A stretch of DNA of 55,391 nt, counting the filler, from Platydemus manokwari (taxonomy: Eukaryota): assembly GCA_037951405.1 (NCBI GenBank). It is 5 parts of 5 records of this genome, joined end to end, with 100 filler letters (N's around TTAATTAATTAA, not from the genome) between each part and the next. Parts side by side here need not be neighbours in the genome. Positions count along the whole stretch, not along the records: positions 21,537 to 31,204 come from JBBMOY011220654.1; positions 31,305 to 41,176 come from JBBMOY011194432.1; 3 more parts are not named here. The stretch is one strand, 5' to 3'. The translations under genes and the position numbers were made by a program. The notes beneath the pieces are model-generated. The model did no database searches and had not been told where the DNA came from. It saw nothing but the letters and a program-made list of their open reading frames with translations. Below, piece after piece: positions 27,394 through 40,224 of this stretch; positions within the stretch are counted from its first letter, which is position 1; every line of letters starts with the position of its first letter.

Positions 27394-27621
27394 TGGCTAT
27401 AAATATTGAGATTCACCATTGGCACGAGAGATACAAGAGAATTTACTAACAGACCGAAGTGTGAACTACTTAATCAAATTAAAAGTGTAGCTCTGAGAGA
27501 TCAAGTGAGCACACATACGATAAGCCTATAAAAGGAGTTGGATTTCACGAGCACCCAGTTTTTCTTTTTAATAGGAAACTTCTATTTTGTGTGACTTTTA
27601 CGTGATTTTTCTGAAAACTAG
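27394..27621 (+). repeat. Dispersed LTR-like repeat, homologous to 44641-44866 (inverted)
   Basis: Colinear blocks TGGCTA, TGGCACGAGAGA..AAGAGAA, GTAGCT..GA.ATCAAGTG, TATAAAA...TTGGATTTC..GAGCA and GTGACTTTT.CGTGATTTTTCT occur in both copies. Confidence 0.75.
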
Positions 27622-28129
27622 TCTTTGTCATTGTCTTCTGTTTAGTTGTTTATCTTTTGTGTGCGGATCTCACCTTGCATTATTATCTATTATTGACTTT
27701 GTGTGATTTTTGTAATTCATTGGGGTTTAAATTATAATTAAATGACAAAACCCTCTGTGGTCCCAAAAGCGATTGGATGAAAATTATCAATTAAATTTGA
27801 TTATTTTTCTTCAAACATTCAATAAACGAACATCAATTACTGCTATTATAGTTGAAACCTATGATGGATTGGAAAATAGAAAACGACTCAACATTAATTC
27901 AGCATTACTGTTTTAAATGAAACTCATTGGTTAGATTTCGTTCTTCCCAGACAAGCTATCACGAAATTGCTCATTTAATCGTCTAATTATAAAGGCATGC
28001 ACATAAAAAAAACTAGCCAATCAGAAAACGAGTTGACCAAATATCGATTTATCTCCATCAAATAAATTGTTTTAATGAAACAATCAAAAAATCAAACAAA
28101 AAAATCGATATATTAATATTTCTCAACAT

Positions 28130-29456
28130 TTATTTTTTAGTCTGTGGTCTCATTTCTTCATTACATGGTCGAATAAAGATTTTTGGTTTCTTATTGGGAT
28201 CATTGTATTCATGGCCTTTGCTCCAATCATATCCGAATGCGTAGGCGAAAATATTGCCCTTTGAATCGATAGCACTGCTGGTAATCGGTTGCGGTTCCGT
28301 CGTTTCTGAACCTTTCAATTTCGTTCGGGCATCTTTGTCCCAATACGTGTATTTGCCATCACTGCCCACAGTGACCAGTGTTTGATATACGGGATGAAAT
28401 GCGAGATCGTTAACGGCAAATATGTCCTGGGTATTGGTCGGCGTCACTTGAGATCGATGGCATTTGAATGTAAAACTATCTTTTGGGTTCTGGCTGGCTA
28501 AACATTGAATACCAACTCGACCTTCGATGCTGCCCAGAGCATAACCGGCCGGATTGGAATTGTTCTTATCGAGAAAAATACTGATACAGCGACTCTACAA
28601 AATCAAAGAAAATCCATAAAATCGGGAAAATAACTTCTAAAAATCATAAAATTGATTCAAATTTTTAAAAAAAAGTTAATTTTTTTACAGAATTATAAAT
28701 ATTAAAAATTATTTAATTTTACTAATAAACGCCTCAGACTTACTTGATATTTCAATTGGGATTCCAACTTTTTGTATTCGACAGGACCGTTTTCGAGATT
28801 GTAAACGATTACCGATTTATCAGCCAAAGCAACCGCTGCCATCGGATAATGAACAGCGGCACAATACACTCGTTCACTCAAATCTATCACAGACATGGGG
28901 TTTGGACTTCTCAAATCCCAAAACCTGAATAAATAAACGAATAAAATTGATTACAATCTTCTCATATTGGCTTACTTCAGTTTTTTATCCCAACCACCCG
29001 TCATTACGCATGTATATGTAGGAGCCTGAATGTGATGAATGGTTTTTATTGGGGCATCATGGGTTGCAATTTTCATAATTTGATTTGTAGATATGTCCCA
29101 CATATAACCACACTTATCAACACCACAAGCATAAGCTTTAGTACCATCCTGTTATTTGTTAAAATAATTCACCATAATGTCAATAATCTTACAGCACTCC
29201 AGCACGCATCTAAAATAGGACCTTGCAAATTCTGTTGAGCACGAGGTATTACTTCTCCATTGTTAGAAATTTCCCAAATTCGAACACTTTTATCCCAACT
29301 AGCAGCCATTAAATAGGTTTGAGATAAGGATGATGGGCTGAATCTCAAGCACGACACACTATCTGAAGGTGGATTTGGTACTTCTATATCTTTAATCATA
29401 TTTTGTGATAAGTTTGTATTATTGTTTCCAAAAAATGGTTTGGTTGTGTAAGCCAT
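28130..29456 (-). CDS. RAE1: mRNA export factor Rae1/Gle2 (WD40), 360 aa; exons 29456-29193, 29148-28976, 28924-28744, 28594-28130
   Basis: Motifs [93 protein letters not shown]. Introns of 44, 51 and 149 nt, all in frame. Confidence 0.97.
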
Positions 29457-29700
29457 TTATGTTCTTAATAAATAAATTTAATAACAATCAAATTTAATTT
29501 ATTTTAAAATATATTTAAACAAATATGTAATTTAATCTAATGTAAGGTCTTTTAATAATATTTAATTAAACATTAATATAGACTACTATTAAATAAGCTT
29601 AAAACTAAAATAAGTATGAATGTATTGGTATTACTAAAAAAATAATTGAAATATTAAATCAATTACATTAAATAATCAATTAATTAATAAAATTCCATCA
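29457..29700. promoter_or_regulatory. Putative bidirectional promoter between Rae1 and ClpX
   Basis: Only 244 bp of very AT-rich DNA separate the divergent predicted start codons. Confidence 0.55.
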
Positions 29701-30658
29701 ATGATGAATGGTAGGTTTGGAATGGTCATAATCAGAAATTGCATAAAGCAGTTAAATGTACCTTGTAAGTCATTCTATTTATTTATAATCTTTAATACTG
29801 GACTTTGTAGATTATCAAGTATTGAAATTAAAAGCACAACTAAGAGACTGTGAAAATGGGTATCCCAAACATATGACTTCTCACAAAAATGCTGCAGGTT
29901 AATATTTCTTTCGCAAGTGTTTTTTGATGAAATAAAACTTATTATAAGTAAAATTAATTTTTTAATGTATTATTGTACATTTTTGTACTTTCATAGCTTA
30001 TAATAATTTTCAATCCTTTAGAAACTCAAGCAAAATTTTGTGGACCTCTTATAACTCTAAATATAAATGACGAGAACTCTTATCCTAAAATGTTGGATAA
30101 TGACTACGGGTCAAAGAATCAAAAATCAAATTCTGGAAATAGTGGTGGATTTATCCCTTGCTCAAAATGTGGAGAACCTCTCAGAGCTATAAAATCATCC
30201 AATGCAGGTAAAATAAATATAAGTTTATTTTTTTACATATAATTGTTTGTCAAAATTCACAGTGCAAACATGATATCAATAATAAATAGTTCGATTATTT
30301 TGCATGAGGTTGTTTTTATCAATTGAACCGTTTCAGTAAATTTTTGTATTACATTTCACAATCTAAAAATCATACCGAAGCACAAAATAGAATACTTTTA
30401 ACAAAAACATTTTGTCATTCAATTTAATAATTGATTTGTAATAATTTAATAATTTATGTTGATATTTTGATATAATAATTTTAAATAAATAATTTTTTTA
30501 CATAAAGCTTAATTTCAGTATTTCAATATATGGTTTGTGATAAGTGTAAATTCCTCTTTACTCTCATCGATAAAGATATTCTTGATACGACTTTAGCTAC
30601 AAAAACATCTTACCAAAGTTCCACAGATGCTGCAACACATATTCCAACTCCAAAGGAG
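29701..30658 (+). CDS. CLPX: Mitochondrial ClpX ATPase, 5' partial; join(29701..29764,29811..29897,30022..30207,30519..30658)
   Basis: The spliced product has a basic presequence-like start, then GNSGGFIPCSKCGEP...VCDKCKFLF...IPTPKE. This matches the C4 zinc finger and the PxPK(I) lead-in to the AAA domain of metazoan mitochondrial ClpX. The rest is lost at the linker. Confidence 0.72.
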
Positions 30659-31204
30659 GTAAAATTGAATCATTTTATTATATATTATTGTATTAATATA
30701 TTAGTGATAAAATTGCTTAATAATAATTTAATATCGTTTCTATATTACAATTAACAGAGATTTTTTAATTGAATAACCAAGATTATATAAATAAATAATT
30801 TTATAAAATAATATTAATGCATTCTCATCAATTATGTCTCGATATGTATTGATTTTGTAAATATGATGACATTATTGGGTTTTAAAATTAATTACGTTTG
30901 GTGATTTATTATATAGATATTTATCCATAATAAATTATCAACAATGTCTATTTATATTTGGTTTGTAGTGAGGGGATTATCAATGAGATGATTTAGAATA
31001 AATGTGCCCTTGGTTATGAAAGTGGTATAAGTCATATATTTCTTGTTTGGAGATATTAAGGGATTAGCATGTTAAAGAATTAAAAGATATTTGTGTATTA
31101 TGGAATGAAATATTTTGACAATTAATCAGCGCCGGTAAATCAGCATTTAATATGATTGTGAAATTTATTACCATTTTTAAATGGAAATTTGATTTTGAAA
31201 GGTT

Positions 31205-31304
31205 NNNNNNNNNNNNNNNNNNNNNNNNNNNNNNNNNNNNNNNNNNNNTTAATTAATTAANNNNNNNNNNNNNNNNNNNNNNNNNNNNNNNNNNNNNNNN
31301 NNNN
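31205..31304. other. Artificial contig linker
   Basis: 44N-TTAATTAATTAA-44N. Confidence 0.99.
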
Positions 31305-31625
31305 ATTTTTAGTTGTGAGTATTAGAGGCGGGTGGAAAAGTGAGACTGCCTTCTGCAAAGTTCTGAAAAAAACTGAGTCGTGAGTTGTCAATCGGAGTGA
31401 AAATGTTAGCCAAGAGGTGTCTTTGAAGTGAAAATGTTATCCATGAGGTGTACTTTGGAGTTAGAATATTACTCGTGAGATGTAATTGGAGGTAAAGCTG
31501 TTAGTTGTTAGGGTTCGAGACGAGTGGAAAAGTGAGACTTGTTTCGTTAAAGATCTGAAAAAGTTAGTCCTGAATTGTTAATCGAAGTGAAAAAGTTAGT
31601 TGAGAGGTGTACTTTAAAGTCAAAA
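31305..31625. repeat. Degenerate ~30-bp minisatellite with a ~192-bp higher-order period, in PHB2 intron 2
   Basis: Units resemble GAGTGAAAATGTTAGCCAAGAGGTGTCTTT. GTGGAAAAGTGAGACT recurs at 31332 and 31524. Confidence 0.75.
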
Positions 31626-31659
31626 TATGTGTTTTGTTACTAATTATAAAAATTCGAAC

Positions 31660-31910
31660 CTGAAATGAAGTCCTTCTGAGTAAATATTATCTTTAACCCC
31701 GCCAAGGCGGCTGAATATAATGCTTCTTTGACCACCATCGACTTTAAAGATAGAATTTTCATTTTAAATTTGTTTTGTATAATTCTTACCGGTATAAAAC
31801 GATTTACTAAGAGCAAATAATAGACCACCACCTACGGCTAATAAGCCAAGGCCTCGAGCACCTCCTTTACCAGAAGCACGGAGTACATCATTAATTTTTT
31901 TCGGATCCAT
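31660..31910 (-). CDS. PHB2: Prohibitin-2, 5' partial; join(complement 31790..31910, 31660..31741)
   Basis: [68 protein letters not shown] after removing a 48-nt intron. This is a typical PHB2 N-terminus; later exons are lost at the linker. Confidence 0.93.
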
Positions 31911-34900
31911 TATATAATGGCGTGTGATAAATTTATTCAAATTGGTAATAAATTAAAACACGGGGAATTTCTGAAAATATGATTACCTTTCCTAAGTTAA
32001 TAAAAACATCGACTATTATTCCAAAATATAAATATATAAATTGTACAAGCATATTTTTTAAATTTTGATTAAATTATGACAAAATTATATAGATATTTAA
32101 ATATTTTAATTTAATTGAAAATTAAAAAGTTAATTAAATACCATTATGTAATTTATATGAATTGCGTTTTTCAATATTATTAAATCTTTGAGTCAAACTT
32201 TTTTTATGAAGTCCACTTTTTTAAATAATTAAAATTAATTTACAAAAACATTTAGATTTTATGAAATGAACATAAGATATTTGTTACCTCTGGGAAGTTT
32301 CGAAATACTTTAATATTTCTTAAACTATTACCATAGTTAATAAATTAAGCAAATATGTAAATTTAAAAGCTTAACTTTTAATAAATGAAATGAAATATTA
32401 CAACTTGATTAATGTAATTAAAATTAACTGAAACTTTTAGGCGGAATTTAACAGAATTAACATGAATGAAAGAGCAATCAAGTCATACCACTGAATTATA
32501 TATATATCGCTGAATAAAATTATTCAAACAACGATGTTTCACAATTTACACGGTTTACATATTTACTGGTATAGATTTAAAATTTAACGATTATTATAAA
32601 ACTCGAGCTTCCTAAGCCTCATTTTATAAAGACTTTGTTTTCAATTTTCATTTTCTAAATCGCCAACATTTTTATTCATACAAATACTAATTCCGTTCTC
32701 TACCTGAGAACTTATCAGCCTAATCGATCATTACAAATTCTATTTTACAGTTGAACCAAGTTTGAATGATGATTCTGGTGCACTAGTTTTTTACATGAAA
32801 CATAGGAAAAAATTAAATGGCGCTGTGTGATTTTGGATCGTCTAACAAATTTTCTAGTAAACCAATTCAACGTTTAGTAAATTCATAGTGCAAATTATTA
32901 AAAATTAAAGTAAAAATTTTCATTATATGTTATAATTTTTAAGTTAGCTTGTGTGTTTTATTATGATTTCATTATTTCTGAGGCACTTCAACAGCATTGT
33001 ACTAAGACTCTACTATTTGAAAGCTTTAGGCTGAAATTTGAAACGTTCACTATCCTACAATGGAATTTTAACTGTATTGAACTTATTACTATCTGTGAAT
33101 GTTTATAACGTTTCCATATCAATTTTTTGTATATTTTTATTATATTTTTATTGGACTTCTTATTGATTTATTGTGAATTCAACACATATTATGTTCTTTT
33201 TTCATATTTTATTAAATTATTAAAAATTGACTTGTTAATTATTACTATTTTTATTTTATTTTATTATTTTTTTATTATTCTTTAATTAATATGTTTGTGT
33301 CATTTTTCAATCTATTCACTCTTCTTGATAATTATAATCATTTATGAAATACACAACCATGAATGCCTAACAAGCATTCAATGGTCAAAATTCAAATATG
33401 GACTTTCATATTTAAACTAAATAAAATGTTAGTTCTTATTGAACACAGAATGTCTATCATATAAAAACAAAGCTCAATTAAAAGGGTGAGACAAAATAGT
33501 GGAAAACATTGACTTGTTAATAAATGGATTTGTCAAATTTTGTTAGAAAAATTGAGCGTTAGAGATTTTGCAGGCCTTGTATTATTGCTATTTAAAGAGT
33601 ATATTGCTATTTGAAGAGTATATGATGAATGATGATGGGTTATGTTCTTGCTAACTCTTATGTTACGTTCGGGCCTTATTTAGTTTATTGTTTTACTAAA
33701 CTTAATGTTATTTGATATCACTACTGTCTTAATCAATCTCTATGAGCTCTTGATTAAGACCACTGGAGTAATCTATCTTATATTGATGTTCCTTCACCTC
33801 GCACAACCTTATTTTGTAAAGACAATAGATGTGACAGTAGCGATATATTTTAATTAACCTTAATATCAGTCTTACAATACTTAACCCTATTCAAACTGTT
33901 AACTAAGTTTATTACAATAGTTACGAATAATTGACTTTACAATATCTATATTATTAAGAACAAAGGTTTAATGCTACAAATGTTTATTACATATAACACC
34001 AATACATAAACTGATTAACATAAACTAAAATAAAAATTACAGATCGATTTTGAAACTGCAATATAGATCAAGTTACACTAAAGACAAACCTTACAACTCC
34101 TGGATTAAGTTGACGGTTGATAAACTCCACTCTCTTGAAGCAAAACTGGTTAATTAAAATCAAACTTCAATGGTAATTATGAAAAAATAATTAGTGAAAT
34201 TGATTAAATGCCGCCAGACATAGCAACAAAATATTCACAAAAAGGAAACTATATTTAATAAAGAAAATTCCAGATAAATAAATTTATTTACAACCAAATT
34301 TATTTATAACAAACAACACTCCTCACATTTAGCAAAAAAACATGAATCCTTTTGAATTAATTTGAAAAAAAATATTTTATTTAGAAAAAAGTACAGGAAA
34401 ATAATAAACCTATTGAGATGACCAAGCATAAACAGGTTGAAAAATTCAGTACTTGAACTGTTTGTTACAAACCATTTGAAGCTTTCTTTCGAAGACATGT
34501 TCTCCATATCTACCCAAATTAATATCCATGAAAATATTAATGCCGCTTACCTTGTCATCATTTGAGTGATTAAGTCATAGATTCCAAAGAAGATCAAAAA
34601 CATAAGGTTCATTAATACTTGAATTTAATGGAACTCATATGATTTATATAAAATGTGGACAGCATAAATCAAAGTTGATAATAAGATTACAATGAACAAA
34701 TACAATTACCTGATAAAGTAACATAAAGACGATTTTGGTTTTAATTATATGCAAAATGAAAAATATGCAATTATGGTACTTTTCTTTGAATATAAAATTT
34801 CTTAATTTGTGTACGCATACAATAATATTACTTTATTGTTATTTTAGAATTAATTTAATAATAATTTTAAATATAATTAAATTTACATACTATGTGCATT

Positions 34901-35056
34901 TTGCTGAGCATTAAGAGTTATGATTTTTTTTAAATCTAAGAATTTTATATACATTTTACATTTTTGAATTATTGTTTAAATATTTAATAAATTTATTTTC
35001 CAACATGTAGGTCACATTTTATTTAATTGATGTTTAATAAATTTAATTAGCTTCAC

Positions 35057-36274
35057 ATGGATATTGATCAACAAACTGAAGACATAATTAAGCCAACGTT
35101 TTCCGAAATCAAACTTTTTCAAGCTATTGAAGAAAAAGATTTCGAACTTGTAAAAAGCTGTATTGAAAACGAAGATTGTGACGTTACTTATCAAGTAAAT
35201 TCGAAAAATAAAATAGAAAAATTATAATAAAAATCTTAAAATGTTTAGGACCAAAAAACTGGTGTAAGTCCTCTAATGATTGCTGCAGGTGTTGGCAGTA
35301 AAGAAATTTTGCAATTTTTGCTTGGTGAAGGTGCACCTTGGAATGCCGTTGATAGGCAATACAAATGCGCAGGTGATTATGCATATATGAATGGTCACCA
35401 AGATTGTATTGATGTATTGCTTCAACATGCAACTATCTCAGAAATGCTTCTCGGTCGATCTATCATGGTAGATATAATATTTTGCAAATTTTTTTTCACA
35501 TTGAAATAGGATCAAAAACGAACTCTCAATAGCAATTATTTAAGCAAAGATGTTTCTTATACCGGTGATAAGTTAATGGATTCCGAAGGTTTAGCAGTCA
35601 TGATGGATTGGGAAAAAGATCTTATGGAAAAACATGCTGCATTTATTTGTCACGCAGACAACCAAATTGTCAATGACGATGGTGAACCAAGTGCCAAATC
35701 GCAACGGAAATCAGTACGCGTTTTAAATGTCGGATTTGGTATGGGTATCGTTGATACAGCTATTCAAAGCCACAATCCAACTGAACACTACATCATCGAA
35801 GCCCATCCCAAGGTTTACGAGCATTTGACTTCCAGTGGCTGGGCTAACAAACCAGGTGTGAAGATTCTTTTCGGAAGATGGCAAGATGTTCTTCCTACAT
35901 TGGACGTAACCTTTGATGGAATATTCTTCGATACTTACGCAGAAGATGATCAAGATTTGAGAGACTTCCATGAACATTTACCAAATATCTTGACTCCACA
36001 AACTGGAAGATATTCTTTCTACAATGGCATGTGCCCGGATAATGTTTTCTTTCACGCAGTTGCTTGCGAAGTGACAAAATTGGAATTGAATCAGTAAGAG
36101 AAGATTTGTTTTGATTTTAAGGGTTTATTGTTGTTTAGCATTGGTCTGAGCTGTGAATACGAATCGGTCAAAGTCGATGTGGCCGACCCAGAGATATGGA
36201 AAGGTGTTAAAACTCGATACTGGTACTTTGATACCTACTATTTGCCGAAATGCCTTTTTATTCCGAGCTTATAA
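35057..36274 (+). CDS. RMT2: Rmt2-type (type IV) protein arginine N-methyltransferase with N-terminal ankyrin repeat, 358 aa; join(35057..35194,35249..35467,35510..36093,36139..36274)
   Basis: Ankyrin-like TGVSPLMIAA...LLGEGAPWNAVD, then AVMMDWEKDLMEKHA, VLNVGFGMGIVD, HYIIEAHP, GRWQDVLP, FDGIFFDTYAE, YSFYNG and WKGVKTRYW...YYLPKC. Introns of 54, 42 and 45 nt. Confidence 0.92.
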
Positions 36275-37554
36275 ATAAATCTATGATTATCATGATTTTT
36301 CGTTAAATTCGTTAAGATTTTTATTGATAATTGTGTGTTTTCATCAATTTTTATATTATTTTGCCATTGATTTATTGTTATTGATTAATATGACGCATTT
36401 GTTTGTCTTAGAGGAAATGCATTATTTTGATTAAAAATTGATAAATATTTATTATCATTTTTATTTTATTGCTCATGTTAATGTTATATTTGTGAACAAT
36501 TTAGAGACTTGATTTATAAATCTTGGTAAGTGTGAGTCGTGAAGTGTTTTGGAAATTATTCAAAAATCACAATCAAAATCTTTGAACAGCTTTCAAATCT
36601 TATTGGATTATGTTTTTCAATTAGTGCACATCCTAGCGCACCAAAATGGGCCAATGATATAATCAATTGAAGAAAATATCCTTATTAAAATATGGATAAT
36701 TTAAAACGGTTACAACAAAAAATAAAAATTTTGTTTCAATCAAGAAGTAAGCACAAAGCACCGTCTATGAAAAGCATCAAGACTCGATAATATTAGATGT
36801 CTTCCATATTTTGGGTGATGTATCGATTTAGGTTATATGTGATTCCTTGGGTTGATATTTATTTTGTTGATGACCATTGGTTAATCAATTGTAGCTTTTA
36901 GATTTATGCTGACATTTAGTTGAAGTGTTTATCTTTTAAGAGTATTTTTGTATTTTGAAAGCAAGAGATGATGATTTCAACAATATCAATTGTATTAAAA
37001 AGAAAATGAAAAAATATTGATTAAATTTTAAGTTTAAGATTTTTGTAAAAATATGAGGATAGTTTAGTATTGATATAAATCAAGATAATATAACAAACTA
37101 AATATAATATAAAATTAACTGAATGAATTATAAGCAAATTTAATAAAATCACAATGACCTACCGGAATAATTTGTAGAAATTCGAGCGAAATATAATCAG
37201 AATATATTTTATTAAATAATCTACAAGAAATATTTTATAAATTAGAACCGACGAAACATATTTTGCCAGCATTAAACAATTTTCTCGAAGGTGCATATTC
37301 ATCGTTTATCGACTTTTCGCTCCATTTGTTTTAAACAGTGTTTAGTAATTATTGTTAGGTATGGCCAAATCCGAGTCTAGCATTACATAAATAGATAATA
37401 AAATTAATCCATAAATAACTAGAAATTAATCCAAACATAACAACAGATTTAATAAATTACAAAAATAATAATTCATCAAAAACACTCCTAAAAAAATGAA
37501 GATAGTAAAGCATCAAAAATAAAAATAATAAATTATTAAAATAAAACAAAAGAG

Positions 37555-37905
37555 AAAATAAATCAAACACAGAATCCAGAAAATCATATAAAATAAATAG
37601 GAATTTGACTAAAAACGCCCACAACTATTCTAATCTATATCTCGTGTAAAAACCTAGTGCTTGCTCAGTAAAATCTGTTCTTACTAAATTTGGATATACT
37701 GGAAATTCGTACATCAGAAGAAAAATTTTCAGTAATGGATTCCATCGATTCTTGCTTAAGTAACTTTATTATTGTAAATTCCTATACTTTAATTAAAAAA
37801 CCTAAATGCAATTTAATTGCACCTATAATTAAATATAAATTTTAAAATTATCATAATCCAAATTAAGGGGTAGCTTCGCTCTATTATGACTTTAAAAAAT
37901 GACAA
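37555..37905 (+). repeat. Dispersed repeat copy related to ~5420-5680
   Basis: AAATCAAACACAGAATCCAGAAAAT block shared with 5424-5457. Boundaries approximate. Confidence 0.5.
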
Positions 37906-39402
37906 AACAGTAACAAATACTAGCATATCTAGGAACTACATAATTTCAATAATAAATTCTCCAATTCCTGATTGTTTGTCAATAACTAATTGTGCTTATT
38001 TAATTTTTGATATTAATTTATTATAATATTTATTTAATTGTTGATATTAATTTATTCTAATATATTTTATTTTATATATTATTAATTTTTATTTATAGCA
38101 AATTTGGCGTCAGATAAATAGAATTTTAAATTTATGAAAACATTCATTAAAAGCTCATCAAAACGTAATATTATTGAATTATACAGAAGCAATACTAATT
38201 AGTTAGAAATCACTGACTGTCATTCTGGTATGCTTTATTACTATTTAGCTACCTAATATTGCTCGTGAAATTTTAAGTCTATCTAAGAACCTTAAGTCTA
38301 TCAGAAATACCTTTCAAGTGGAAACACCATTCCGTTGATCACTTAATGTTTAAATCAAGTCATAAATTTCGATTAATTCAGGTTACATTTCATTGTTCGG
38401 TGTCTAATTTATACCTTGAGTTTATTTATTTACTGAGTCCAAAGATTTGTGTTCAGATCATAACTTGTATATTGAATAGAAAATAAATTCAGGTATACTT
38501 TGAAATACAAAATAATATTCAGTTCAAATATATATTATCCGAATAAAGAACACTTATCACTTGTTAAAATTTGTTTCCATCGGAATATTATTATTCAATA
38601 AAGTTTAATAAGTACTCTAAACCATAGTAATAATACAACAAAAGTTGTGATACATGAGCGATTTTATAATTGAAATAATAGTAAAGTTTTATTTGAATAT
38701 ATGGTTTTTGATTGCGGTACTTAGGGTTATCAATTAATATTGTTTTTTATAATATTAGTTTTCATAATATACTTGGAATTCGTTCAAACCTGCCAAATCA
38801 ATTTACCAACAAAATTTGAAAATTTTTCAGAGTTAATATTAAAGTAGATAATACTAAGTTACTTTATTATTATTTTTTTTATCCATTGTAAATGAAATTG
38901 AACAGAACTATATTAAAAAATATACACTTAAGATAAATTTTAAATTAAATTAATTTATTGAAAGATCTACAAAAGTTTTACAAAGTTGTCATATTAAAGA
39001 AAAAATTAAAATTTTCCAAATATCCTTATTTAAATTAAAATGATAATAAAATTAAAATGCTTTTATCAATGTATGACAACGTCTAGACAGCAGAAGAGTG
39101 TAGATCATCTATTTGGATTTATCTAATGGAAAATTGAAGTATATTTTTTTTTAAAATTCAAATTACCGTTTAGATGATAAACATTAATCAAATTATAAGT
39201 TTTTATATATTAAATAGGATTACAGTTAGGATTTTGTTTTTTCAATTCATATCAATTCACATTTCCAAAATTTGACAAATTGAAAGCATTTCAAAATAAA
39301 ATTCACTTAAAAATTTAAATTAATCTGGTTTTATTGTCATGATTTCAATTATGTTTTTCTAATGTAAAAGTAAAACATTTGATTTACTTTAATACTTTTT
39401 AG

Positions 39403-40224
39403 ATGGAGTTCTTGACAATGTCGAGATCGTTGAACGAAATTTTTAAAACCACATCCTATAAAAATATTTTCGGACTTTTAGCCTTAATATTAGGAGTGCC
39501 TTTTACATTTGTATACGAGATATTTATTTTATCATATTATAATTTTCCAAATAAAGAATTCCATATCGTTTTTGCGTTATTTTTGTTATTTCAAGTTTGT
39601 TCAAATTTTTTCTATGCTACATCAACGGATACGTCGATGAAATGTTGTCAGATATCTTATCAGGACATGGATAAAGTGTGTAACAATTGCAATAAAGTTC
39701 ATGTACCAAGAACTCACACTTGTCCCATATGTGACCAGTGCATAATCAGAAGAGACCATCACTGTTGGTTCATTGGATATTGTGTTGGTGCAATGAATTA
39801 TCGATATTTTTTGTGTTTGCTGTTCTATGTTTGGATTTCTGCTCTTTATTGTAATTTCTACAATTTGGACTTTGTGTTTGAAATTTTCGATAAAAACTAT
39901 TTATTGATAATTGGTTGTCATTTAGCTCCACAATTTCTCATCATAACAGGGTTTCTTACTGTTAAACAATCACTAATTGGAATAATTACATTCGTGGGAT
40001 TTGGATTTTTTATTGTATTCACTTGCCTCATTGTTATGCAAATGGTACAACTTCGAAACGGTCAAACTTATCATGAACGAAAAATGAACATCACCAAATA
40101 TAATTATGGGATTTTGAAAAATTTTCATCACGTTTTAGGCGATTCGGGGTTTTGGGTTTTAATAAATCCATTTATGAAATCCAATGTGAATATCCATTTA
40201 CAAATTTGTGAAAAATCAATTTGA
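39403..40224 (+). CDS. ZDHHC24: DHHC palmitoyltransferase, ZDHHC24/22-like, 273 aa, single coding exon
   Basis: Cys-rich domain CNNC...PRTHTCPICDQCIIRRDHHCWFIGYCVGAMNYRYFLCLL, several hydrophobic helices and a GQTYHE..YNYG...NF..VLG tail. The subfamily is less certain than the family. Confidence 0.85.
   Translation: MEFLTMSRSLNEIFKTTSYKNIFGLLALILGVPFTFVYEIFILSYYNFPNKEFHIVFALFLLFQVCSNFFYATSTDTSMKCCQISYQDMDKVCNNCNKVHVPRTHTCPICDQCIIRRDHHCWFIGYCVGAMNYRYFLCLLFYVWISALYCNFYNLDFVFEIFDKNYLLIIGCHLAPQFLIITGFLTVKQSLIGIITFVGFGFFIVFTCLIVMQMVQLRNGQTYHERKMNITKYNYGILKNFHHVLGDSGFWVLINPFMKSNVNIHLQICEKSI

Noticed and set aside
34304-34820. Possible spliced minus-strand gene divergent from RMT2
   Set aside because: Splice-like sites exist, but I could not build a stop-free frame or recognise a product. 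Unresolved.
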